Sequence record: PP434423.1
DNA: 64,000 nt
From: Escherichia phage 236Ecol005PP
Strand: one strand, 5' to 3'
A program made the translations under genes and the position numbers. The notes beneath the pieces are model-generated. The model did no database searches, had not been told where the DNA came from, and saw only the letters and a program-made list of their open reading frames with translations. Positions 49,866-58,534 of this stretch are shown in pieces. Positions within the stretch are counted from its first letter, which is position 1. The number at the start of each line of letters is the position of its first letter.

Positions 49866-50756
49866 TTAAGATTTAAGTAAATCAACAATTTTAATTAACT
49901 TTTCACGCTCAGATTTAGCTTTACTACTCAATCCAGATAGTCTGAAAATTTCATCGTCATATTGTTGAATAGAAATATTCAGCTCTTCAATCTGCTTATT
50001 AAAATAATCAATTTGTTCAGAATGTTTTTCGTTACTACGAACTGGTACAGGTTTCGTAGGCAATGTAGTTGAACTGGATTCATTCGGGCGATAAATTAAA
50101 ATACAACTTGAACCAATAGGGCATTTTGCACCAGATGAATATTCTAATGTTCCAGCTTCTTTTAAAACTTCAAAAGCTAAACAGAGATGATGCCCCATAT
50201 TAACATAATCTGTAGAGCGAGCTCTGATGTAATAATCATCTCCACGAATACTAAATTTAAAGCATTTAAGGTCTTCTGTATTATTGGTCTTAAAAATCAT
50301 TTGTTTATCTAGACCTTTAGCTAATCGAGCACCTAATGCTAATAATCGTCGTTGATTTTCCCACAAATCCGTTATCATTTGATCGAATGATAATTTTGGC
50401 ATTAGTCGACCATAAAGGTCATATCCTTTATTATAATTACGAAGGATTTCGCTCGCATTAATACGAGACAACGCTCCAATTTTATTAAGGGCTTTCATAA
50501 TGCGATTAGATAAACTCATTCCAGACCCGGTTGTTCGCTGCAAATGTTTTTCTAATCCAAATCCAATATCAACTTTAAACTTATCTAAAATTTCTGCATG
50601 AACATCTTTGTCGATAACATTCAAATCCAAAGTTGGGTTAAATCTATGAAAAAATTTATCTGGCTCTCCACGGCGAAGTACAGTCCATTCATTCATCATT
50701 TTTTTATTAACTAATGATTTAATTACTGCATTGACATTATTAATTACTACTGACAT
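49866..50756 (-). CDS. hypothetical protein with C-terminal coiled coil (paralog family member D)
   Basis: ORF from ATG at 50756. Confidence 0.45.
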   Translation of the reverse strand: MSVVINNVNAVIKSLVNKKMMNEWTVLRRGEPDKFFHRFNPTLDLNVIDKDVHAEILDKFKVDIGFGLEKHLQRTTGSGMSLSNRIMKALNKIGALSRINASEILRNYNKGYDLYGRLMPKLSFDQMITDLWENQRRLLALGARLAKGLDKQMIFKTNNTEDLKCFKFSIRGDDYYIRARSTDYVNMGHHLCLAFEVLKEAGTLEYSSGAKCPIGSSCILIYRPNESSSTTLPTKPVPVRSNEKHSEQIDYFNKQIEELNISIQQYDDEIFRLSGLSSKAKSEREKLIKIVDLLKS

Positions 50757-50763
50757 ATTTTCC

Positions 50764-51171
50764 TCACTCAATTTCAATTTTACTAAATACACAGAATATG
50801 ATTGAACAGACTACATAAGCGCCACACACGGATTGAACTAATACCATTCCAAAGAACCAAACAATATTATCAAACAGTGTCTGTTTTACGTCGAAAGGAC
50901 GTAAACTTACAGTAATATTATCACCCTTTTCTATTGAAGAATACATCTCTGGGGAAATATATTCACTAAATCTATAACCGTCTTTGAGTTCATATACGGC
51001 AATAAACGATAAACTAGACCCTTTTCCTTGTGTTCCTGTAATGGTATTAACTACAGTAACATCATAATCTTTATAATGCATATAATCATTAATTGCGTAA
51101 TAACCGTATGCAACTACTACACATAAACAGCATATCAATAAATTCAATCTTTTAATTATCAACTGTTTCAT
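50764..51171 (-). CDS. membrane protein
   Basis: 135 aa with N- and C-terminal hydrophobic segments. Confidence 0.5.
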   Translation of the reverse strand: MKQLIIKRLNLLICCLCVVVAYGYYAINDYMHYKDYDVTVVNTITGTQGKGSSLSFIAVYELKDGYRFSEYISPEMYSSIEKGDNITVSLRPFDVKQTLFDNIVWFFGMVLVQSVCGAYVVCSIIFCVFSKIEIE

Positions 51172-51232
51172 AATAATAATAATCTCAATTAAAAGGGCTT
51201 AGAACCATTATACCATCCTTGGTATAAAGCGG

Positions 51233-51760
51233 TTATGCGAGTACCGTCTTTAACCGTTCTTCAAACTTCCGAAGAGTATTTTGGCGTTCAGCTCTTTGCT
51301 TTTTGTAAGTTTCAATACGCTCTGAAATGAGAGTGTATCGTTCATTTACTGATTCTTTCATAAAATCAGGAATTTCACGAGAAGCTTTAATCTCATCAAA
51401 TTTATCAATAACAGCTTGCTCTTCAGCAATTAAGTTATCATACATTAAAATATCTTTCTTGATGAACTCAATATCTTCTTGAGTTACACGAGATAATTTA
51501 GATGCTTTATCCTTTTTGTACTGTTCGTTAGTATCACGAGACCAGTGTAATGTACGATTTTTATTCGTATTCTTGTAAATTTCTACAATACCAATTTCAT
51601 CAATAATAACGATCCAATTCCAACGGGATTTGTAAATTTGTCCTCCATCAACTGTGATTTCACCTCCGATTGAGATGTCGTTAAAGAACTTACTCTGTGC
51701 TTCAGATTTAAATTTACCATCGTTGTAATTTACCAAGTTGAAAATATCTTTAGCGTTCAT
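51233..51760 (-). CDS. hypothetical protein
   Basis: 175-aa ORF with GGAGG SD directly downstream of early promoter. Confidence 0.5.
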   Translation of the reverse strand: MNAKDIFNLVNYNDGKFKSEAQSKFFNDISIGGEITVDGGQIYKSRWNWIVIIDEIGIVEIYKNTNKNRTLHWSRDTNEQYKKDKASKLSRVTQEDIEFIKKDILMYDNLIAEEQAVIDKFDEIKASREIPDFMKESVNERYTLISERIETYKKQRAERQNTLRKFEERLKTVLA

Positions 51761-51785
51761 TTTGTGTTCCTCCGTAGTTGATAGT

Positions 51786-51821
51786 TGTATAGTACCACAG
51801 AGGAACAGTCTTGTAAACCAC
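51786..51821 (-). promoter_or_regulatory. T4-type early promoter (GTTTAC / TACTAT)
   Basis: plus gtaaac 51813-51818, atagta 51789-51794. Confidence 0.5.
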
Positions 51822-52135
51822 TAAAAGAAACTTCTTTCACAATTTTTTCCACTGAACCATGCGCTTACCGCTTTCTTAGTCTTGGGAGCAGTGTTATCCA
51901 TAAACCATTCAAAGGCAGCCTTTTTATGATTCTGGAGGGCTTCTCGGGCTTTAATCTGCTCACGGTCTATTAACACTAACATATGAGCCTTTCTTGTCAC
52001 CATGGGCTTCTTATGATTTTTTGAATACTCCCAGTCATTTGTCCATCGCATTGTTGTTGCGAATTGAAATACAGCTTCTTTAATTTTAGTTTCGTAAATT
52101 TCACGAGCCTTTGAGTATAACATCACTACCTCCAT
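51821..52135 (-). CDS. hypothetical protein
   Basis: 104-aa ORF. Confidence 0.45.
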   Translation of the reverse strand: MEVVMLYSKAREIYETKIKEAVFQFATTMRWTNDWEYSKNHKKPMVTRKAHMLVLIDREQIKAREALQNHKKAAFEWFMDNTAPKTKKAVSAWFSGKNCERSFF

Positions 52136-52206
52136 TCACCAGTTTAATTCTAGTCATCTTTTTGATGGCAGTCCATATAATCTATTTCTGAACTGCCTTT
52201 TTTGTC

Positions 52207-52926
52207 TTAGGATTCTTCTAAATGTCTTTTCTGAAAAGTTGATACCATACTACGATACGGTTCATTTGGATATCCGTGTTTTATAGCTTCCTTTGTAAAT
52301 TTTCTCCATCCATATTTAGTTTCTTTCCAAAGCTCGAATAATTCATCTTCATACTGCCATATAGTTAAATGAGAACGCTTTGCAGCTTTAATTCCATTAA
52401 TATGCTTTTCTTTTACTGCAGGATTGCTTAGTTTCTTTTTAATAATATTACTAACTTTTCTAACAAAAACTGGGTCCTTATATCGTTGCGAAGTTTTTAT
52501 TGAAGTGTTTAATTTAACTTCCGGCGTGGATGTAACCTCTTTCATCTTTTTCTTCATATGCTGTATATGATTAGGATTTTTCCATAAATTTATAGAATGC
52601 TTTTTGCATTTTATCCTAGTTTCATCTGCAACCTTTCCTCCTTCACCCCCGTATGACAGGTTAACACAGTTTTTTCCATATTTCAATTTACCTGCCATGA
52701 TATATAATATTTCAGCTTGTACCATTTTATCATAATTATCAAAAACTTCTAAAACCGTTTTTGATAATATGTGGTCATTTGACACTTTTACACGTTCTAT
52801 ATAATTTCCACTACCAACATACGAATCATTGATGTTATTAGTTATATGTCGACCATAATAGTATTTCTTAATACCTGTCTTTAAATTTAATATTTCAGTT
52901 TTATAGATAGTAAAATATTTTTTCAT
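52207..52926 (-). CDS. GIY-YIG homing endonuclease-like protein
   Basis: 239 aa; KYYYGRH ... SYVGSG motif and basic C-terminal half. Confidence 0.55.
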   Translation of the reverse strand: MKKYFTIYKTEILNLKTGIKKYYYGRHITNNINDSYVGSGNYIERVKVSNDHILSKTVLEVFDNYDKMVQAEILYIMAGKLKYGKNCVNLSYGGEGGKVADETRIKCKKHSINLWKNPNHIQHMKKKMKEVTSTPEVKLNTSIKTSQRYKDPVFVRKVSNIIKKKLSNPAVKEKHINGIKAAKRSHLTIWQYEDELFELWKETKYGWRKFTKEAIKHGYPNEPYRSMVSTFQKRHLEES

Positions 52927-53891
52927 TTTAATAATACCGTTTCAGCAATTTCTTCCCAACCGTTTTTGTCGGTCATAATAAAGTCAGCAAGATAAAGAGC
53001 AGTACGCAGTGAAACATTGCGTAAACGATTAACATTGACTTTCATCCATGATAATGCTTTATAAGTTTCTTCATCAGAAAGACCGCGCTTTTGCATCATG
53101 TCGGTTGAAAGAATAACATCTTCAACCCTGACCATAATTTCTTCATTAGTGTGAACACCCAAATCCAAATAAACTGAGCGGGACACTAATGCTTGTAAGT
53201 GTGGGGCAAGTTTAGTACCACGGTCTAATTCGCGGTCAATGTCAACGTTTGTGATAAAAACAATCGTTCCTTTAAATTCAAACTCACGGTCAATGCCTTT
53301 TTCTTCTAAGTAAGAAGATGCAGTGCTCCAGCAGACTTTACGGGTCTCTCCAGTGTCCAGAGCAGCTTTTAGAAGATTAAGAATGTCCATATCAGAGAAA
53401 ACATCCACATCATCAATCAAAAGGACAGAATTCTCTTCACGATTATTCCAAAGCTGCTCATAAAGACCAATACCAGAGATTTTACCATTAATGCTTTTAT
53501 ATTCAATGTATCCAATATCATTTGCTTTATTTAAAGCTTTATCTAAAGAATACGTTTTACCAATACCTGCTGCGCCAGAGATAATTAATGAACGAATATT
53601 TCCATTAATAATACCATTCGTCATCATTCCCATAACATTAAATCTTTTATTAATGCGGGTTTTCATATCTTCATATGATTCTTTAACTTCTTCAACTTTT
53701 ACACCATCATATGAAATATCTGATTTGTAAACCCAAACACCGCGACGTTTACCGTCAATTTCAACAAAAACTTTACCATCTCCTTGTGCATCTACCGGAG
53801 CATTATCTGGGAACCATTCGCCTAAGAGCTCAAAAGTTCCAGAGATTTCTTTACCGAAGTAGATACCCTTATTGATAGTTACAGTTTTCAT
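52923..53891 (-). CDS. P-loop ATPase (AAA-like)
   Basis: 322 aa from ATG at 53891 (GGAG SD); Walker A GAAGIGKT, Walker B LLIDDVD. Confidence 0.6.
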   Translation of the reverse strand: MKTVTINKGIYFGKEISGTFELLGEWFPDNAPVDAQGDGKVFVEIDGKRRGVWVYKSDISYDGVKVEEVKESYEDMKTRINKRFNVMGMMTNGIINGNIRSLIISGAAGIGKTYSLDKALNKANDIGYIEYKSINGKISGIGLYEQLWNNREENSVLLIDDVDVFSDMDILNLLKAALDTGETRKVCWSTASSYLEEKGIDREFEFKGTIVFITNVDIDRELDRGTKLAPHLQALVSRSVYLDLGVHTNEEIMVRVEDVILSTDMMQKRGLSDEETYKALSWMKVNVNRLRNVSLRTALYLADFIMTDKNGWEEIAETVLLK

Positions 53892-53922
53892 TTTATTCTC
53901 CAAATCCGTATCAGTTGATAGT

Positions 53923-53958
53923 TGTATAGTACCATAAAGCTTTATGCTTGTAAACCGT
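53923..53958 (-). promoter_or_regulatory. T4-type early promoter (GTTTAC / TACTAT)
   Basis: plus gtaaac 53950-53955, atagta 53926-53931. Confidence 0.55.
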
Positions 53959-53980
53959 TTTGTGAAAAAATTTTTGAAAT

Positions 53981-54005
53981 AAAAAAAGGGAGCCCGAAGG
54001 CTCCC
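53981..54005 (-). terminator. rho-independent terminator (UUCG hairpin plus U-run)
   Basis: gggagcc-cgaa-ggctccc preceded by A-run on plus strand. Confidence 0.55.
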
Positions 54006-54007
54006 TA

Positions 54008-55021
54008 TCATTTATAATAACTTCGGTGGTTTTCAAGATAAACCCTCTCAAGGAAGTCATCCCAGAAACCCATGTCTACTTTTTGCTGCATACCGTTCTT
54101 AGAAGCTTCAATGGATGCTGCTTCTACTTGATCGACCACATCTTCCAAAAACTCTTGAACAGTTTTAAATGGGTGTTTACCCAGCTTCACGTCGAGAATA
54201 AATGGAGCGTCTTGAAGTGGATAGACTAAGTCACCAGTTTTGTAAATTTCCAATAGTTGGAGTCCACCACGACAAGCATGACTCAGAGCTTTCCAATCAA
54301 TGCCTTCATTAGCTTCAGCTTTACGAGCACGTTCACCATATTCAGCATCAAGTTTATTCAAAGACTGCTTAAGCTCAATAAGAGAAAGTGTTGTCTGATA
54401 TTTACGACCCAACACAGTGTAGAACGTTTGTGGGCCTGTTTTCTCATGATTATGGAATACCCATTCACAGAATTCGTTTTCTGGAAGACGGTGTTTAATA
54501 TCTTCAACTTTAGTGCGACGTTGTCCTTGTGTTCCATCTTCTCGGTAATCAACCCACTGGTCAGGGATTTGATTAACTACTTTCAATACATCACGTAATG
54601 CGGCCAAACGAGAACCCTTGACACCGTATTTAGAAGCTTGCTTGCGAACATATCCTAAATAGGATTTCATGTTAGTCGTATAAAAACGAGAACGATTGTC
54701 TTGAATAAACTTCCATACATCAGGCAAATCAGATTTAACTACCAGTTCAGGTGGAGTGTGGAGCATATCCAATGCTACAGTTTCACCATCTGCTGCTAAT
54801 TTAAAGAAATACTTAAGACTGTATAGTTCATGGTCAATATCATCTTTAGTGTTTTTAGATGATGTGTTATTAGTGTTTTTACTCATATGCTCTTTAACAT
54901 TTCCGATAAGAATATCGCGAGCAGGAGGAACAAAGATTTCTTTAAAATCTACATCAGATTCTGGAGTAGAAGTTCCATAAAGATGACTACCAAAATAGCT
55001 TTTCATTACTGTTTTCATCAT
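54008..55021 (-). CDS. putative nucleotidyltransferase-fold protein
   Basis: 337 aa; N-terminal GS-x9-SDVD motif (FGSHLYGTSTPESDVDF). Confidence 0.45.
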   Translation of the reverse strand: MMKTVMKSYFGSHLYGTSTPESDVDFKEIFVPPARDILIGNVKEHMSKNTNNTSSKNTKDDIDHELYSLKYFFKLAADGETVALDMLHTPPELVVKSDLPDVWKFIQDNRSRFYTTNMKSYLGYVRKQASKYGVKGSRLAALRDVLKVVNQIPDQWVDYREDGTQGQRRTKVEDIKHRLPENEFCEWVFHNHEKTGPQTFYTVLGRKYQTTLSLIELKQSLNKLDAEYGERARKAEANEGIDWKALSHACRGGLQLLEIYKTGDLVYPLQDAPFILDVKLGKHPFKTVQEFLEDVVDQVEAASIEASKNGMQQKVDMGFWDDFLERVYLENHRSYYK

Positions 55022-55479
55022 TCAGCCTTATATTCAATAACAGGACATACTTTAGCTTTACGCGCTTTTAAAAATTCGACGATAATAGATTTCTTGGGTT
55101 GAATAGGAGGTAAACCTTTATACGCCCTATCAATATTTTCTACATGTAAAGCATAATCCTTTTTCCATTTATAATCTTTATATTTTTCATGCAATTGTGC
55201 AGGAATAACAAATGAACCAATAATAAGTAAAACAAGCAAAATAGCAAGTATAAATGCTGATGGAATAAGAGTCCATAAACTACCAAAAATAAGCCATTTC
55301 TGTATGATTTCTGCACAGATGATAGTTAGACCTGCGAGTATAGTACATCCGAAAAAAGAAACGAAAAATGTAGGAATGACAATAGACCAAAAGTATGCAC
55401 ATAGTGTCTTAGGTCGTTTCCATTCATCATTAAACATTTTGAATAATTTATAGTGCCAAGAGCTTTCATTAATAATCAT
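55018..55479 (-). CDS. membrane protein
   Basis: 153 aa, three to four predicted TM segments. Confidence 0.5.
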   Translation of the reverse strand: MIINESSWHYKLFKMFNDEWKRPKTLCAYFWSIVIPTFFVSFFGCTILAGLTIICAEIIQKWLIFGSLWTLIPSAFILAILLVLLIIGSFVIPAQLHEKYKDYKWKKDYALHVENIDRAYKGLPPIQPKKSIIVEFLKARKAKVCPVIEYKAE

Positions 55480-55481
55480 AA

Positions 55482-56003
55482 TTATCCTTTCATTGAAGGT
55501 GTAACAGTTGTTAAATACTTAATCATAGCTTCAGCTTCTGATTTTGATAATGAAATTTCTCCATTGTTTTGACGAATAGAAATAAAATCCGGATGACGGT
55601 CACCACCAGCTTTTAAAATACACATATAAGTATCAGTTTCATCTTCAATATCTGAAATGATTGAAGCAGTTCCGCATGAATGTGGTTTTTGATAAATCAA
55701 TGCAGCTTTTCTTCCACCGTTTGACTGTTCATAAACTTTTAACACATCAAACAAATCGCTTCTTTTATCAATAGCTAAGATGTTGTTTTCATCTTCAATG
55801 TTAAATCCTTCGGATACTTCATAAAGTGTCACCCATAAATCGCCAATATCAATGACAGCATTCACCTTTCCATGATTTTCAAGAGCATTACAAATTTTCT
55901 TGATTTCGTCATAACTCATTTTAATAATATCATCTCCTTGAATAAGGAAGATGTCATTTTTAAATTCAACACGAATTAAACCGCTTTCACTTGAAATAAA
56001 CAT
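55482..56003 (-). CDS. hypothetical protein (tandem paralog 1)
   Basis: 173 aa; C-terminal motif shared with next ORF. Confidence 0.5.
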   Translation of the reverse strand: MFISSESGLIRVEFKNDIFLIQGDDIIKMSYDEIKKICNALENHGKVNAVIDIGDLWVTLYEVSEGFNIEDENNILAIDKRSDLFDVLKVYEQSNGGRKAALIYQKPHSCGTASIISDIEDETDTYMCILKAGGDRHPDFISIRQNNGEISLSKSEAEAMIKYLTTVTPSMKG

Positions 56004-56009
56004 ATTTCC

Positions 56010-56576
56010 TCACTTTGAAATCATAGTTGGAATGACAGAATCAAGATAAGTCTTTAGCGCAATAGCTTCGTCTTTGGTAAATGTGACAATATGTGATCGA
56101 AAATCGTCAATTTGGCGAATAGTTAAGACATCTCCATCTTCATAACATTTTGATACGTTTAAAACAGTTTCATCATTCTGATCGCACTGATCGCAAGCGT
56201 TAGTAATAATAGCATTGCAATTTTTGAGCCATTTTAAACTATGTTTTCTTTCATTAGAATAATAAAAATATTTAATCTTAGCTATAAAACTATCCCAATG
56301 AATAACTGATAAACACATTGACTCACTTTTAATATTAAATCCTGGGCATGAAGAATAAAAATGAATTTTATGCTCATCATTGATGCTTACTATTTTATCA
56401 GTATAAGGATATTCAATTTGGGTTAAATGAATGATTTCACTAGGCGTAAAATACAGCATATCGTCTTCTTGCGTCAAACGATACATGTTATTTACTTTTT
56501 CTATAGCCAATTCACCAAAAAGCGGACTAACTTCTAATACTAATCGTTTCATATTGATTCTCTTCGACTCACTCAC
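56010..56576 (-). CDS. hypothetical protein (tandem paralog 2)
   Basis: 188 aa; GTG start 9 nt after AAAGGAG SD. Confidence 0.5.
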   Translation of the reverse strand: MSESKRINMKRLVLEVSPLFGELAIEKVNNMYRLTQEDDMLYFTPSEIIHLTQIEYPYTDKIVSINDEHKIHFYSSCPGFNIKSESMCLSVIHWDSFIAKIKYFYYSNERKHSLKWLKNCNAIITNACDQCDQNDETVLNVSKCYEDGDVLTIRQIDDFRSHIVTFTKDEAIALKTYLDSVIPTMISK

Positions 56577-56709
56577 AATTACATACTCCTTTGAATAATA
56601 TCAATAATGTTGTTCACTAGATTATAAGTAAACATTGGGTGATAATATTGAATCATCACATACACAACAAACAAAATTTTCATTCTCTTCTCCTTGGCAG
56701 TTGACAAGA

Positions 56710-56743
56710 TTACTATATCATAACCTTGCCAACTTGTAAACCA
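56710..56743 (-). promoter_or_regulatory. T4-type early promoter (GTTTAC / TATAGT)
   Basis: plus gtaaac 56736-56741, actata 56712-56717. Confidence 0.4.
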
Positions 56744-56899
56744 TTAAATGACGTTTTCAATAAAATTCTGAAGCTTTGTGTGAGCATCAACCATGATTTT
56801 CATTTCTTCCTTTGCGAAAGCTGTACCTCTTTCACGAGAAGAATACTCATAGTCAGAAACTGCATTAGCGTATTCTTCAATTAGCTTCATTAAAAACAT
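56744..56899 (-). CDS. small hypothetical protein (sub-threshold ORF)
   Basis: 51 aa MFLMKLIEEYANAVSDYEYSS... Confidence 0.3.
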   Translation of the reverse strand: MFLMKLIEEYANAVSDYEYSSRERGTAFAKEEMKIMVDAHTKLQNFIENVI

Positions 56900-56906
56900 C
56901 TGCTTT

Positions 56907-57101
56907 TCAGTTTTCACTATTCCACCTAATCATTTCAAGATATTGAACTAACTTAGCTTTGGATTTATCCAAATCCTTTTTAGCTGCTTCTATACCATCG
57001 TACGAATATCCTTCACAATGCTCAACTGCCAATTGGTATGAATCTATTTCAATATCACGTGCTAATTTAATGATTTTTTCAAACTGTTCACGTGTTAGCA
57101 T
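56907..57101 (-). CDS. hypothetical protein
   Basis: 64-aa ORF. Confidence 0.4.
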   Translation of the reverse strand: MLTREQFEKIIKLARDIEIDSYQLAVEHCEGYSYDGIEAAKKDLDKSKAKLVQYLEMIRWNSEN

Positions 57102-57103
57102 AC

Positions 57104-57307
57104 TTAAACTCTCGTATTATGATCGATAATTTCATCAAGAAACATATCTAAAGCTTCTACAGCATTATCAACTTTAGCTTCAAATTCTTCAATACCTTTA
57201 TTTGCAATGCCTGACGAAAACCAAGCAAAGTCACTAAGTTCCTCATCTGCTTTGCGAATTAAAGCTACCAATTCTTTAATTTTATCTGCTTGTTTTATAC
57301 TAATCAT
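57104..57307 (-). CDS. hypothetical protein
   Basis: ORF from internal ATG at 57307. Confidence 0.35.
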   Translation of the reverse strand: MISIKQADKIKELVALIRKADEELSDFAWFSSGIANKGIEEFEAKVDNAVEALDMFLDEIIDHNTRV

Positions 57308-57492
57308 TATTCCACCACATATGAAAGAGAGAATATTGCACACGCCATATGAATTGCAGCTTCATCACACATATCATAACGTTTCTTAAGAAGTTCTACA
57401 AGTTCTTCACTAGTAACTTCATCCATGTCGACGAAAAAATCACCATTAATGATGACGTAGATATTTCCTTCTTGATTAAGTGCTTCAATTTT
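57307..57492 (-). CDS. hypothetical protein
   Basis: 61 aa from ATG at 57492 ([10 protein letters not shown]) with GAGGAG SD, downstream of early promoter. Confidence 0.4.
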   Translation of the reverse strand, partial: KIEALNQEGNIYVIINGDFFVDMDEVTSEELVELLKKRYDMCDEAAIHMACAIFSLSYVVE

Positions 57493-57520
57493 CATGATGT
57501 TCTCCTCTTTATCCGATGGT

Positions 57521-57556
57521 TGTATAGTATCACAGCTCAAATGGAAAGTAAACCGG
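57521..57556 (-). promoter_or_regulatory. T4-type early promoter (GTTTAC / TACTAT)
   Basis: plus gtaaac 57548-57553, atagta 57524-57529. Confidence 0.55.
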
Positions 57557-57563
57557 TAAAATG

Positions 57564-57585
57564 AAAAAAGTCTCCCGAAGGAGAC
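57564..57585 (-). terminator. rho-independent terminator (UUCG hairpin plus U-run)
   Basis: gtctcc-cgaa-ggagac preceded by A-run on plus strand. Confidence 0.55.
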
Positions 57586-57590
57586 TAATG

Positions 57591-57977
57591 TTATTCGAGG
57601 GAAAGAAGATATTTACTTTGATAAAACATTCCAGTAATATCATCTATCGTGCTTTGAATGGCTGGAGGCATTTCTTTGTAAATGCTGTTAGATTGGTCTA
57701 GTATGCGATCAATCATTTTAATTGTGTCGGTAGGAAGTTTACTGGCATCTGGAATAGAAGGTGTGTATTTTCTACCAGAATACCCCAAATATTGCTCACC
57801 AAATTTATCAATCAAATCTGGCAACTCAGAGAAAATAAAATCGTATGCTTTGTGTCTAGCATAACTTTTAGTTTCAAAATGCGCAGAATGAAAATAAGCT
57901 TGTGCAGCCATTAATAAACCTAAGTATTCATCTGCCTTTGAAGGTTTTCCACTTTGTGAAAAGTCGCTGAATTTCAT
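57591..57977 (-). CDS. hypothetical protein (rI.-1 position)
   Basis: 128-aa ORF. Confidence 0.5.
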   Translation of the reverse strand: MKFSDFSQSGKPSKADEYLGLLMAAQAYFHSAHFETKSYARHKAYDFIFSELPDLIDKFGEQYLGYSGRKYTPSIPDASKLPTDTIKMIDRILDQSNSIYKEMPPAIQSTIDDITGMFYQSKYLLSLE

Positions 57978-58267
57978 TCAGTCTCCAATTTAATGTTCAT
58001 AATTCTAGCGTATGATTGTGCCATCTCCGCGCCTCGTTCTATACATTCAAAATCGGAAGAGCACGGGTCATTTTTATAGGTCGTTCTCATAAAACTATAG
58101 AATTGTTCAGATGATTCTACGCTTTTATTTTCAAAAAGCATATAAACGTGTCTAATACCAGATTCCATAAATTTATCAAAATGAGGATCGACATTCGCTT
58201 CAATCGATGGAGATAAAACAAATGACAATCCTAGCATGGCAAATAGTGCCGTTGCTTTTAAGGCCAT
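57974..58267 (-). CDS. rI: lysis inhibition regulator RI
   Basis: 97 aa with signal-anchor MALKATALFAMLGLSFVLSPSIEA; matches recalled T4 RI. Confidence 0.8.
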   Translation of the reverse strand: MALKATALFAMLGLSFVLSPSIEANVDPHFDKFMESGIRHVYMLFENKSVESSEQFYSFMRTTYKNDPCSSDFECIERGAEMAQSYARIMNIKLETE

Positions 58268-58279
58268 AAAGGCCTCCTA

Positions 58280-58492
58280 TCATTTTTGCCCTGTATTTAC
58301 TTTATGCCGATGCACGGCCTTAACTTTATCAAGGTATTTTTCAAAATTTCGCAATCTAGTATAGTCTGCCGGAGATTGGTTGAGTGATACTTCTCGACGC
58401 AAAGCTGAAATGATATTTCCAACTTCCCTACGAATTTCATCTAATTGAAGAACAGTAAGATTGCGAAGTTGCTTTTCAGTTAATTGTAGCAT
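58280..58492 (-). CDS. hypothetical protein (rI.1 position)
   Basis: 70-aa ORF. Confidence 0.45.
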
Positions 58493-58517
58493 ATATACCC
58501 CTTTAGTTAGATAAACC

Positions 58518-58525
58518 TATTTATA
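58518..58525 (-). promoter_or_regulatory. late promoter TATAAATA
   Basis: plus tatttata 26 nt upstream of ORF start at 58492. Confidence 0.45.
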
Positions 58526-58534
58526 ACTTTTGCA

